This document shows, one piece after another, positions 12,236 to 21,512 of a DNA stretch of 64,000 nt. The notes below the pieces were generated by a model, which saw nothing but the letters and a program-made list of their open reading frames with translations, had not been told where the DNA came from and made no database searches. Source of the stretch: a virus; the IMG/VR virus record IMGVR_UViG_3300037515_000188, positions 1 to 64,000 of that record, one strand, 5' to 3'. The position numbers were made by a program, and so were the translations under genes. Numbering within the stretch: position 1 is the stretch's first letter; each line of letters opens with the position of its first letter.

Positions 12236-12290
12236 TTGACAATTTAAAATTAATTTGGTAATATACATTTAACATTAAAAAGGTAAACAT

Positions 12291-13199
12291 ATGGAAATTT
12301 CAGAACAAGTGCTAGAAAGTTTAAGAACCGAGTGGATTGATATTGGTTTTTCTACTGGTGATGTAGATGTGGAAAAGGCTAAGCCTTATATTGAAGAAAT
12401 TTATCGCAATGGTAAATTCGATCCACCTGAATTTTATTTTGTAGTTAGTTCTCCTATTGAATTGCTGCAATATAAAACAGTGTTGGAAACTCTTGATCTT
12501 GATGTCCTTCGTAAATCGAATGATCCTTATAAGTTGGTTGCCAAAAAGGCTAAAAAAATAACCAATATTAAACTTGATTATGAACAAATCTGTTTTGGTA
12601 ATCATGATGCCGCAAGCTTGGCATTTTATGATTATTTTGTTCGTTATGAACATGTTGATGGTATCGAACCCATTGTTCCATTTATTGAACTTGCAAAAGT
12701 ATGTGGATGGTGGATTCCATTAGACGGAGCGGTTATTCTTACCAATTTACCAACATCCATTAAAAAGGATGATGAAGGTAGATTGCATTGTGATAACGGT
12801 CCTGCCATTTCTTATGATAACAGTGATTTTGAAGTGTATATTTGGCATGGAGTAAGAATTCCTCCTGAGTGGATCAGAGACAAGAGTTTAACTGCTGAAC
12901 AGGCATTAAAACATCCACAAATAGAACAGCGTAGAGCCGCATGTGAAATTTTAGGGTGGCACAATGTTTTGGAACAGCTAAATAGTATTATAATCGATGA
13001 TCATGATGATGAAGAGATTGGTACATTGATAGAAGTTGAAATACCTGATATTGGAACTGAAAGATTTCTTAAAGTGAAGTGCGGTACCGGAAGAATATTT
13101 GCCATTCCTGTCCCGCCAGATATTAAAACGGCCCTAGAAGCAAATGCATGGACTTATGGGGTTGCGGCAAATGATTACATACCGGAGATTAGAACATGA
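12291..13199 (+). CDS. DUF6745-family protein
   Basis: Motifs FGNHDA..LAFYDYF, CGWWIP, DDEGRLHCDNGPAI, WHGVRIP, EQRRAACEILG, C.TGR.FA.PVPP. Confidence 0.8.
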   Translation: MEISEQVLESLRTEWIDIGFSTGDVDVEKAKPYIEEIYRNGKFDPPEFYFVVSSPIELLQYKTVLETLDLDVLRKSNDPYKLVAKKAKKITNIKLDYEQICFGNHDAASLAFYDYFVRYEHVDGIEPIVPFIELAKVCGWWIPLDGAVILTNLPTSIKKDDEGRLHCDNGPAISYDNSDFEVYIWHGVRIPPEWIRDKSLTAEQALKHPQIEQRRAACEILGWHNVLEQLNSIIIDDHDDEEIGTLIEVEIPDIGTERFLKVKCGTGRIFAIPVPPDIKTALEANAWTYGVAANDYIPEIRT

Positions 13200-13549
13200 G
13201 AACATTTAAGAACTGTGCAGCACAAGGCGATATTTTGATTACCAAAATTGAGTCTTTGCCTGAAAATATAGTAGAAGTAGCACCGACGGAAACAGGTGTG
13301 CATATCGTTGCCCATTCGGAAACAGGGCATCATCATGTAATTACATGTGATGACGTTGACTATTTTCATGCCGCAAATAATGATGATATGGATGGTTTTG
13401 TATCATATTTGCGCGTGAATAAAGAGACAACGCTTCGTCATTTGCGCACCTTTGATACCCATGAGCCAATTAAATTTCTTAAAGGCTTATTCAGGTTAAA
13501 TCGTCAGCGGGAATATGTAGCTGAAGGTTTCCGTAAAGCTCAAGATTAA
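13196..13549 (+). CDS. His-rich partner protein usually adjacent to DUF6745 genes
   Basis: AQGDILI, AHSETGHHH, H.THEPI, RQREY motifs; ATGA-coupled to the upstream gene. Confidence 0.75.
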   Translation: MRTFKNCAAQGDILITKIESLPENIVEVAPTETGVHIVAHSETGHHHVITCDDVDYFHAANNDDMDGFVSYLRVNKETTLRHLRTFDTHEPIKFLKGLFRLNRQREYVAEGFRKAQD

Positions 13550-13598
13550 TTTTTGACTTTTTAATTAAAATAATATCGACAGTGCTTACTGTCGATTG

Positions 13599-13733
13599 AA
13601 AATATACCGGGAGTTTCTCGGGATTTTAAGCCTGCGGAGAACGGAGTTCACTGAATGAAAATTTGGTTAGCTGTTCAATGAAACAGGAATTTAACGGAAA
13701 ATATAAATTATTTTTGTAAGTTTAAAAGAACGG
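13599..13733 (+). mobile_element. TnpB omega-RNA-like right end / IS607-type miniature element (no tnpB)
   Basis: ACCG(T/G)GAGTT..GGATTTTAAGCCTGCGGAG...ATGAAACAGGAA...AAGTTTAAAAGAACGG resembles the tnpB 3' tail (T-V-S-S-T..A-C-G-E..M-K-Q-E) and an IS607-like GG end. Confidence 0.7.
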
Positions 13734-13789
13734 TGTAATGAATCGGATCATATAATCCCTAAACAGATGAAGTTATAGGAAATATATTT

Positions 13790-13918
13790 ATGTCTCAGAC
13801 AGAAGAAGTTCGATTAATGGTTGAACGAAGAAAGGCGCAGGCTGAAGAAAAAAGGGTTCGTAAGGCACAAAAAAGATTACGAGATTCAAAAAAAATAAAA
13901 CTAAAGAAGTTTAATTGA
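13790..13918 (+). CDS. small basic protein (42 aa)
   Basis: MSQTEEVRLMVERRKAQ...; its leader is a duplicate of the 14007 gene leader. Confidence 0.5.
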   Translation: MSQTEEVRLMVERRKAQAEEKRVRKAQKRLRDSKKIKLKKFN

Positions 13919-14006
13919 TTAAATCTAATTAATTTTTACTTGCTTAAAACCAGTAAATATGATATCATATAATCCCTAAACAAATGAAATTATAGGAACT
14001 ATATTC

Positions 14007-14507
14007 ATGTCAAAGAAAGCAAAGTTAAAGCCGAGTATAAGTTTACCAATTAAACCGAGTAAACTTATTCGGGATGAACTTGATATGATTAATGTATTGC
14101 GTATAAATCCTAATTATAATGTGATTTATTTTAGTTGGGAGCATTACTATGATATAAATTATCATGGTGACGATAAAATTACGGTTTCTTTAGTTGGATG
14201 CTGGATCATCAAAAATATGGATTTTGATACATCTAACCTATTAGATGACGAAAATATGCCATCAAAAATTTATGATATATTGGAATCTCTTAATCAGTTT
14301 AATGATGGATATGTTGAAGATGCTTTAGATTCATTAAATATTTTAGAACAAGTACAAGATAAATTAATGTATCGTGATGTAATTGGTAAATGGATGAACC
14401 GGAATCATGTAAATCCAAAAGATTTTTCACAAGATACCAAAATATTGAAAACATGGTTTTCTCAAATGGAAACACTTGCTACTGATTTAGAAGCGATTGG
14501 ATTTTAA
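14007..14507 (+). CDS. hypothetical protein
   Basis: 166-aa ORF with promoter and AGGA RBS. Confidence 0.8.
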   Translation: MSKKAKLKPSISLPIKPSKLIRDELDMINVLRINPNYNVIYFSWEHYYDINYHGDDKITVSLVGCWIIKNMDFDTSNLLDDENMPSKIYDILESLNQFNDGYVEDALDSLNILEQVQDKLMYRDVIGKWMNRNHVNPKDFSQDTKILKTWFSQMETLATDLEAIGF

Positions 14508-14512
14508 AAATA

Positions 14513-14767
14513 ATGAGAAAATCATATAATACATGGTCTGATGAAAGACCAGATGAAGCTGGATATTATTGGCTTTATGGTTATCCATATAATAAAAATA
14601 ATACTGATTCTAATGGAGATAAAATTAGTCCAAAATTATTGTTTATTGAATCAAAACCGTGGAATGAAACTTTTATTTTAACGTTAGGTGGAAGTATGTT
14701 ATATAGTTCAGATTTTGGAGATGTTAAATTTAAAAAGGCTGATCCACCTAAACTTCCTAAATTATAA
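14513..14767 (+). CDS. hypothetical protein
   Basis: W...P...G.YW motif typical of small phage proteins. Confidence 0.75.
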   Translation: MRKSYNTWSDERPDEAGYYWLYGYPYNKNNTDSNGDKISPKLLFIESKPWNETFILTLGGSMLYSSDFGDVKFKKADPPKLPKL

Positions 14768-14782
14768 TAACGGATAATAAAT

Positions 14783-15034
14783 ATGAAATATATAGCTAAG
14801 TGCGATGTTGGAGATGATATACATGAAGTATTATGTGAGGCAGCCTTTGTAGAACTTGATGGTAATTGGTTTCCTGTACTTGGATATGACCCTTCTGACG
14901 ATGTATTGTGTCTGGAGAATTTTTGTGGAAATGATTATGAAATACATAATGCTTCAAAAAATATTTTACCACAAAATGTTAAGGTAGCAGTACAGGTAAC
15001 TGAGAATGATTTGTATTTTAAACTATTCGGATAA
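14783..15034 (+). CDS. hypothetical protein
   Basis: 83-aa ORF in operon. Confidence 0.75.
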   Translation: MKYIAKCDVGDDIHEVLCEAAFVELDGNWFPVLGYDPSDDVLCLENFCGNDYEIHNASKNILPQNVKVAVQVTENDLYFKLFG

Positions 15035-15113
15035 TTCTTATTGTTGACAATGGTCTGAAATTTTGTTATAATGGTGTCATTAGTTCAATAAACCTTTTAC
15101 ACGGAAGGGTATC

Positions 15114-17558
15114 ATGAAGTTACATACTGAAAATCGATCATTAGAATCCGCTGGAATGAATATCAGCGTTGATTTTTCCGTTAAGATGAACGGGAAAGCA
15201 TTCAATGTATTGTCCAGTGGCGTTTATTCCGATGCAATTTCTTCAATCGTTAGAGAACTTTCATCTAATTGTTGTGATTCTCATATTGCTGCTAGAAAGG
15301 CTGATGTGCCATTTGAGGTATATTGTCCTACTGGATTCGATCCATATTTTGCGGTAAAGGATTTCGGTACTGGTCTGAGATATTTTAAATATCATGGACG
15401 GGTTAAATGTGAAATTGATGGGGAATCAACCATTTGTATTTCTGGTGATATCAGGAATACAATTGCTAATATCCGTGTGGTAATCCTTAACGGAAATACT
15501 ACGGTAGGAATTACTACGATTCTATATGATAACACTGCTGATGAAACAATTTTTCGTATTCCTTTAACCTTAAAGAATAATTCCACTATAGATGTGGAAT
15601 TTGATGATGCGCTGGTTTTGTACAGCACATATTTTGAATCGACCAAAGAGGATTCCAATGATTTTATTGGAGCCTTTGGATTAGGGTCAAAGACTCCATT
15701 TGCATATACTGATAATTTTATTGTTATTAATCGTTATAATGGTATTGCTCGCACTTATAATATTTTTACAAGTGAAAATGGAGTACCGCAAATTAATTTA
15801 ATGGGAATGTCCAATACTGATGAATGTAATGGACTGGAAGTTAAATTATCAATAGCAAATGATGACCATATTAAATTTAAAAATGCGATTAAAGAACAAT
15901 TGAAGTTTTTTGATCCACTTCCAAAAATTTATAATGATACAATTAATTTTCCAACAATACTTCATAAAGGTGAAAATTTCATCTTAATGGATGATACAGA
16001 AGTATCTGTTGATAATATGTATTATCGTGGATATAATGTAGTTATTGGGAATAATGCATATAATATACCATATAATGTTGTTTCCTTATCCAAGATTTTT
16101 AAACATAAACTTGTATTACGCTTGGATATAGGTGAAGTTATGGTAACAGCTTCTAGGGAAGCGATTAAAACTGATGAAGTTACTCGTGATATTATTATTG
16201 AACGATTCAACCGTGCTACCGAGGAATATACCAATTATATTCTGGATATGATTAGCAGGGATGATATGCTGGATTATGAAAAGGCTATTTTCTTAAATAA
16301 TAATTCTGATAGTATTGATCTTGATTTGGATTCCGTTCATAAGAATGTTGGTAATCCACATTATTTATATAACTCAAATGAAATAAGTATTCCTGTTAGT
16401 TTATGGGGATCATATATTTCTTTTGATTATACAGAAAAGGAAACTACTGATTTTTATGGTAATATTAAAACCGCATTCACAGTTAATCATGCGAGAGCAA
16501 AATATGTAAGTAGTGTTTGGTATGAATATGATTTGAATAAGAATAAATCAAAAAGAATTGGTTTAGGACAAAAAGAATGGGTTAATTTTTCTCCGCAATC
16601 TACATATCTTGTATTTATTCGAGATGATGCATATGCGTTTCATAAAAAAATTACTCAATATTTTGATACTAATAATACTAGTAAATGCAATAAAATTTTA
16701 ATAGTCGATTCATTTATAGAGGACGTTAATATTGAAGCTATTAATGAATTAGTATCATTTAATACTACATTTGTTAAGTTATCTGATATTAAATTACCTA
16801 AGACAGCTAGGATAGCGTGTAGTAATAAGTCTACTACTCCAATTGCCCGCATATTTACTATAGGAAAAGATAGCGGTTATATTTTTTCACGATTGACTGA
16901 TTGGGGTACGGTATATACATCGCTTAAAAAAATTGAAAATGAGAATGCATATGTCGTATCAAGTTATAGAGATAAATTTGATAATATTCAATATAATGAT
17001 ATAATGTTTTTCCAGACTAGTATTACTCTGGGATTAATTGATAAAAGAATTGAAATTTATGCTGTTCCCAAAGCAAAATATGAAAAAGCTGTTAAATATG
17101 GATTTAAACCTATTACTGATTTGATTAATGAATTAAAAACTAAATTTCATATACCAGTTGATTATGTAAATTATTTAGCGTTGAAAATTTTAATAGATGA
17201 TATTAATAAGACGCATGACATTTTTAAACTTTTTAAACATTTTAATGATTCTGACTGGAATAAGATTAATACAAATACCAATCTTTATATATTACATCGA
17301 ATTGTTGAAATATTTGAAAAAAGATATTTGAAAAAAGGAAGTATTTTCAATGATATCAAAAAATTAAGTAACTATATGGATACTGGTTGTATTCCAGAAC
17401 AAAGTGAGTTTGTAAAAAAGACTATTGACAAAGTAGCAGAACTTTGTTATGATGTAACTAGTTCAATGTTACTTTTAAATAACATTAATCATTATAGTTT
17501 TGGTGATAATGATGAAGAAAGAGATGCATTGATTAAATACGTAAATTTTATTGGTTAA
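15114..17558 (+). CDS. rIIA: RIIA-like protein (GHKL ATPase N-terminus)
   Basis: VRELSSNCCDSH, F.VKDFGTGL, YF.STK..SND.IG.FGLGSK.PFAYTD, V..SRE.I; adjacent to rIIB. Confidence 0.92.
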   Translation: MKLHTENRSLESAGMNISVDFSVKMNGKAFNVLSSGVYSDAISSIVRELSSNCCDSHIAARKADVPFEVYCPTGFDPYFAVKDFGTGLRYFKYHGRVKCEIDGESTICISGDIRNTIANIRVVILNGNTTVGITTILYDNTADETIFRIPLTLKNNSTIDVEFDDALVLYSTYFESTKEDSNDFIGAFGLGSKTPFAYTDNFIVINRYNGIARTYNIFTSENGVPQINLMGMSNTDECNGLEVKLSIANDDHIKFKNAIKEQLKFFDPLPKIYNDTINFPTILHKGENFILMDDTEVSVDNMYYRGYNVVIGNNAYNIPYNVVSLSKIFKHKLVLRLDIGEVMVTASREAIKTDEVTRDIIIERFNRATEEYTNYILDMISRDDMLDYEKAIFLNNNSDSIDLDLDSVHKNVGNPHYLYNSNEISIPVSLWGSYISFDYTEKETTDFYGNIKTAFTVNHARAKYVSSVWYEYDLNKNKSKRIGLGQKEWVNFSPQSTYLVFIRDDAYAFHKKITQYFDTNNTSKCNKILIVDSFIEDVNIEAINELVSFNTTFVKLSDIKLPKTARIACSNKSTTPIARIFTIGKDSGYIFSRLTDWGTVYTSLKKIENENAYVVSSYRDKFDNIQYNDIMFFQTSITLGLIDKRIEIYAVPKAKYEKAVKYGFKPITDLINELKTKFHIPVDYVNYLALKILIDDINKTHDIFKLFKHFNDSDWNKINTNTNLYILHRIVEIFEKRYLKKGSIFNDIKKLSNYMDTGCIPEQSEFVKKTIDKVAELCYDVTSSMLLLNNINHYSFGDNDEERDALIKYVNFIG

Positions 17559-17572
17559 ACACGGAGAATTTT

Positions 17573-18826
17573 GTGAATACTGCATATACAATCACTGATA
17601 AAAGTATTGTACTTATGATTGATGGTAAAACTCAGATAATCAATCGAACTGATGATAGATTTTCTGATGTTTATGATGCCATTCGAGATAAGAATTTTGA
17701 ATCCATTCCTGCTATCCTTGATATTAAAGGTAAATTGATTTCTGATAGTTGTGGTGGATTATATTTATTGAACGGGGTACTTCATTGTAATGACTATAAA
17801 ATTGAGCCATTACTTGCGTCAAGAATTATTCGGATATATAAAGAAAGATTTGATCTTGTTCCAATTACGTTATTCCTTGAAAATCTTATGAGTAATCCAT
17901 CGGAACGTTCGAGGGAACAATTATATGGATTTATCGAAGCATGTAATTTACCTATTACTGCTGATGGGCATTTTCTTGCGTATAAAATGGTTACTTCGGT
18001 TTTTAAGGATATATATACTGGTACTATGGATAATAGTATTGGTTCAATTGTCGAAGTTCCTAGAGAAAATGTTGATCCTGATCCTAACAGAACATGTTCT
18101 AGAGGATTGCATTTTTGTTCTGAAGGATACCTTGGATCATATGGTACTAAAAGTTCATCGCAGGTTGTAATCGTGAAACTTAATCCGCGTGATGTAGTTT
18201 CTATTCCAATTGATTATAACAATGCCAAAGGTCGCGCATGTCGTTATGAAGTAGTTGATACTATTTCATGGGATGATAAAATCAAACCGTTATATACTGA
18301 TGAATATTCTGATAATGTATTAGAAGATAAATCGGAGTCTAATACTAATAAGCGGTGGGAACTTCGTCGTACTAGTGATGGGGAACTGATAGAAGCATTT
18401 ACTACTCGTGCGGAATCTCGTGTAGTTCGTAGAATAAATGGATATGATGACCATTATATATTAGATACGGATACTCAAGATGTTATAGCTGGGACTCCAT
18501 ATTCTGATTATCTTGATGATTACGAAGATGATGAATGTGTAGAGGAATATAATTACGCTGATGATGCCGATGACCCGGAATATAATGAAGATAACGATGA
18601 GGGGTATCTTGGTGATGATGAATATGAAGAGGAATATAATTGTGAAGATGACTATGAGACATATGAAGATGACGATAGTGATCTGCGATGGGTAGTTTAT
18701 AATATTCATGATGGTGGTACAATAGATTCATTTTATAGTCGAGTTGATGCTCGTGCTTTACGTAAAAGCTTAGGATACAGTGATTATTATATTTGGGATA
18801 GGATAAATAATAAAATTGTTGTATAG
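17573..18826 (+). CDS. rIIB: RIIB-like protein with an acidic C-terminal extension
   Basis: FLENLM.NPS, LPIT.DG.FLAYK, VD.DP.RTCS.GLHFCS, NP.DVVSIP.DYNNAK.R.CRYEVV. Confidence 0.92.
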   Translation: MNTAYTITDKSIVLMIDGKTQIINRTDDRFSDVYDAIRDKNFESIPAILDIKGKLISDSCGGLYLLNGVLHCNDYKIEPLLASRIIRIYKERFDLVPITLFLENLMSNPSERSREQLYGFIEACNLPITADGHFLAYKMVTSVFKDIYTGTMDNSIGSIVEVPRENVDPDPNRTCSRGLHFCSEGYLGSYGTKSSSQVVIVKLNPRDVVSIPIDYNNAKGRACRYEVVDTISWDDKIKPLYTDEYSDNVLEDKSESNTNKRWELRRTSDGELIEAFTTRAESRVVRRINGYDDHYILDTDTQDVIAGTPYSDYLDDYEDDECVEEYNYADDADDPEYNEDNDEGYLGDDEYEEEYNCEDDYETYEDDDSDLRWVVYNIHDGGTIDSFYSRVDARALRKSLGYSDYYIWDRINNKIVV

Positions 18827-18835
18827 ATAAAATAT

Positions 18836-18904
18836 CTTACTGATTATAAGTGACCGTGTAACACTTATTAATGGTTCGTCTTTCTCCTCCATTGCATCAG
18901 TAAG
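18836..18904 (+). ncRNA. putative three-way-junction RNA with an anti-SD-like loop
   Basis: cttactgat/atcagtaag closes ataagtg/cacttat and aatgg/ccatt; a loop contains TTTCTCCT. Confidence 0.4.
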
Positions 18905-18908
18905 TATA

Positions 18909-18938
18909 AAGGGGATGGTAGTTTATCCATCCCCTTTT
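18909..18938 (+). terminator. intrinsic terminator
   Basis: aaggggatgg-tagtttat-ccatcccctt followed by T residues. Confidence 0.8.
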
Positions 18939-19002
18939 CTATTGTTAATTTGATCATAATATGGTATAATATAATTACTAAATTATTGGAGGATATAATA
19001 GA

Positions 19003-19278
19003 ATGATAAAAGATGATGGAATGATTGAATCAGAATATGAAGACACTGAATGTATTTGCAAAGGTAATTGGCGCGCTATTGTACGGGAGTCTGAACATTT
19101 GATTGGTAAGAGATTTCATTGTGACAGAGACGGTAATGATTATACATTTTTTGGTCTTGTCCATGGTGATGATGATTATTATTATGGTATGTGTAGTGCT
19201 GGACGCCCCGTTGTATTAGCTAGTTGTGTAGGAGATTTACAGGGAAATGGATTTACTTTAATTCCAGATGATGAGTAA
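19003..19278 (+). CDS. hypothetical protein
   Basis: Promoter, GGAG RBS, 91 aa. Confidence 0.8.
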   Translation: MIKDDGMIESEYEDTECICKGNWRAIVRESEHLIGKRFHCDRDGNDYTFFGLVHGDDDYYYGMCSAGRPVVLASCVGDLQGNGFTLIPDDE

Positions 19279-19342
19279 TATAGGGTAGTTTCTTTGGATT
19301 TTAAGTCTATAAGAAACATATAAACTATTTTCATAAGTTTAA
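19278..19342 (+). mobile_element. degenerate remnant of the omega-RNA-like element
   Basis: agtttctttggattttaagtct...tataaactattttcataagtttaa aligns to both ends of 13599-13733. Confidence 0.4.
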
Positions 19343-19365
19343 TCTATAATGGAGTTTAATAGATA

Positions 19366-19593
19366 ATGATTCTATTAGAAATTATATCTTGGCTAATAAA
19401 ACAAGTATTTCAAATTGTAGTATTATTCCTTCCGATTTGTGCATTAGGGGCAATCCTATGGGGAACATGGATGCTCTTAGTATGGGTAGTCGATTCTCCT
19501 ATATTGTTTGTTATTTTATCCTTAGCTGTCTTTTATTTTGGTTATGAATTTTTTGTATATTTATTAAAGACTATGAACAGAAAATTGTTATAA
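19366..19593 (+). CDS. membrane protein (2 TM)
   Basis: Hydrophobic 75-aa ORF. Confidence 0.75.
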   Translation: MILLEIISWLIKQVFQIVVLFLPICALGAILWGTWMLLVWVVDSPILFVILSLAVFYFGYEFFVYLLKTMNRKLL

Positions 19594-19597
19594 TATT

Positions 19598-19710
19598 TCA
19601 TCCTAACAAAACGGATTTGTGGAAGGTGTACTATACTTTTCGGGAGTAACCAACGTTAGGATGATGATGAAGTGGATGGTTACACATAACATTGGGTGGG
19701 CTTTGTTATC
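19598..19710 (+). ncRNA. putative pseudoknotted small RNA
   Basis: tcatcctaac/gttaggatga stem; loop GTAACCA is complementary to downstream TGGTTAC; TGnTATAAT directly upstream. Confidence 0.45.
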
Positions 19711-20060
19711 AAACTCTAAACGATTTTTCAGTTTTCGTTTTCAAAACCCTAATTGTTTTACCCCATATATTTAATACTATAAGAATTGTATTTTAAACCA
19801 TTTTATATCACTTAACAACATTGTTTAGACGTGTTTAAACATGTATTACATTTAATCAATATCCTAATTTGAAATTGATTTAAAACTATAAATTGTATTT
19901 CAAACTATTTAGTCTTACATTATATTACATTACATATGAATTATTTAAAGTTATTAATGACAATTATAAATTGAATTCTATCTTAAATAAGATAGAATTC
20001 ATTGTAATCAAATAATGTATATCAAATAATGTATATCAAATACTATGAACTGCACCATGA

Positions 20061-20226
20061 CCGTTCTTTTAAACTTACGAAAATAATTTATATTTTCCGT
20101 TAAATTCCTGTTTCAATGAACGGCTAACCAAATTTTCATTCGGTGAACTCCGTTCTCCACAGGCTTAAAATTCCGTGGAACTCACGGTATATTTCTCATG
20201 TTATATTAACATATTCTATTTGTCAA
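20061..20226 (-). mobile_element. omega-RNA-like miniature element with its own sigma70 promoter
   Basis: Reverse complement highly similar to 13599-13733; TTGACA at 20226-20221 with -10 just upstream of the scaffold. Confidence 0.7.
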
Positions 20227-20499
20227 GAATAAATTTTATCCATTAATATTTCCATTGGAAATTCATTGATAATTTTTATAGCGTATTGGTGTTATACTAT
20301 ACTATAACACTAGTGTTATACTGTCCTACAACACTACTGTTGTTTTTCCACAACATATCCATCATGTTGTTTTTATACAACATGGACCTGTTATCATTCA
20401 CAGCATAACATAAAAATTATTTTAATATAAGTATTGACTTTATATGGAAAATATGATATAATTATAGTAACAAGATTTTTCTAAAAATGAAAAACCTGA

Positions 20500-20586
20500 G
20501 TTTCCCTCTGCTCATGGCCTTCTCTCCGATACTTCGCAGTCCTGTTGTTTATTGTTGGGAGCGGACTACTTCTTCTTCGACTTCAA
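20500..20586 (-). ncRNA. conserved 87-nt element, copy 2
   Basis: Near-identical to 9761-9847; - strand TTGACA promoter upstream. Confidence 0.6.
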
Positions 20587-20704
20587 GTATATTATCTCAT
20601 ATTATAGGATAAATGTCAATCTTAAAAATTTATTTAATTGATAATATCTCCTTGCAAATCAACGCTACTTATAGTATACTAATTTTTCTTTAATTCATTT
20701 AGAG

Positions 20705-21457
20705 TTGTTTACTGTGAAACTGCTTAATGTAGATAAGAATTCCAAAACAGTTAAAGGTCAAAAGAAAGGATATCTTACCGGAATTCTATATCTTTCTCCG
20801 GCTACCTTATCCGGGATAAATATTTGTCCTATGACAAAACTTGCAGGATGTGAAAAACTTTGTTTGAATTATACCGGACATTCTGCCATGTCTAAAAATA
20901 ATTCTACATTTGCTGCACTTGATGGTACTTTAATACCTGATAATAGACAGCAACATGGTAGATTAAATCGTACACAATTTTTTCATTCTGATCGTGAAGG
21001 ATTTTTAAATCAATTAAAGAATGAAATTAATAAATTAATCCACAAAGGTAAACGTGATAATCTTATTCCAGTAATTAGATTAAATGGTACATCTGATATT
21101 AGATGGGAGAATATCAAATTTAATGATGGGGAAACCCTATTTGAAAAATTTCCAAATATTACATTTTATGATTATACCAAATTGAATAATCGTAAAAATA
21201 TTCCGGATAATTATTATCTGTTATGGTCATATTCAGAGGCTAGTAAGAAATATGCTGCTATGCGGCCTGAAAATATGAATTGGGTAGTAGTATTTAAAGA
21301 TAGTAATTTTCCTGAAACATTTTTAGGTAGAAAAGTTATTGATGGGGATGAAAATGATTTACGTTTTTTAGACCCTGATAATATCGTGGTAGGAGTAAAA
21401 GCTAAAGGCCCTGCCAAAAAAGATACTAGTGGATTTGTTATTAGACTTGAAAATTAG
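20705..21457 (+). CDS. GP88-family phage protein (radical-SAM-like fold)
   Basis: CP...GC...CL, IRLNGTSDIRWE, FYDYTK, DGDE.DLRFLD, G.KAKG.AKKD.SGFV. Confidence 0.8.
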   Translation: MFTVKLLNVDKNSKTVKGQKKGYLTGILYLSPATLSGINICPMTKLAGCEKLCLNYTGHSAMSKNNSTFAALDGTLIPDNRQQHGRLNRTQFFHSDREGFLNQLKNEINKLIHKGKRDNLIPVIRLNGTSDIRWENIKFNDGETLFEKFPNITFYDYTKLNNRKNIPDNYYLLWSYSEASKKYAAMRPENMNWVVVFKDSNFPETFLGRKVIDGDENDLRFLDPDNIVVGVKAKGPAKKDTSGFVIRLEN

Positions 21458-21512
21458 TAATAGACATGGTATAATTAAACATCATAATTATTAACTTTTA
21501 TGGAGTAATGTA

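Larger units (their letters stand above)
19718..20620. repeat. Repeated intergenic module 2
   Basis: 42-nt A-box identical to 41741-41782, ATTCCATTGG box, TGTTG-N8-CAACA sites, 87-nt element. Confidence 0.85.

Noticed and set aside
13734-13753. In-window targets for the predicted omega-RNA guides
   Set aside because: Only matches of about 10 nt or less were found by eye (e.g. near 32991, 46845, 29801), which is expected by chance.
15378-15599. Intein in rIIA
   Set aside because: No N-terminal Cys/Ser block or C-terminal His-Asn, and it is too short.
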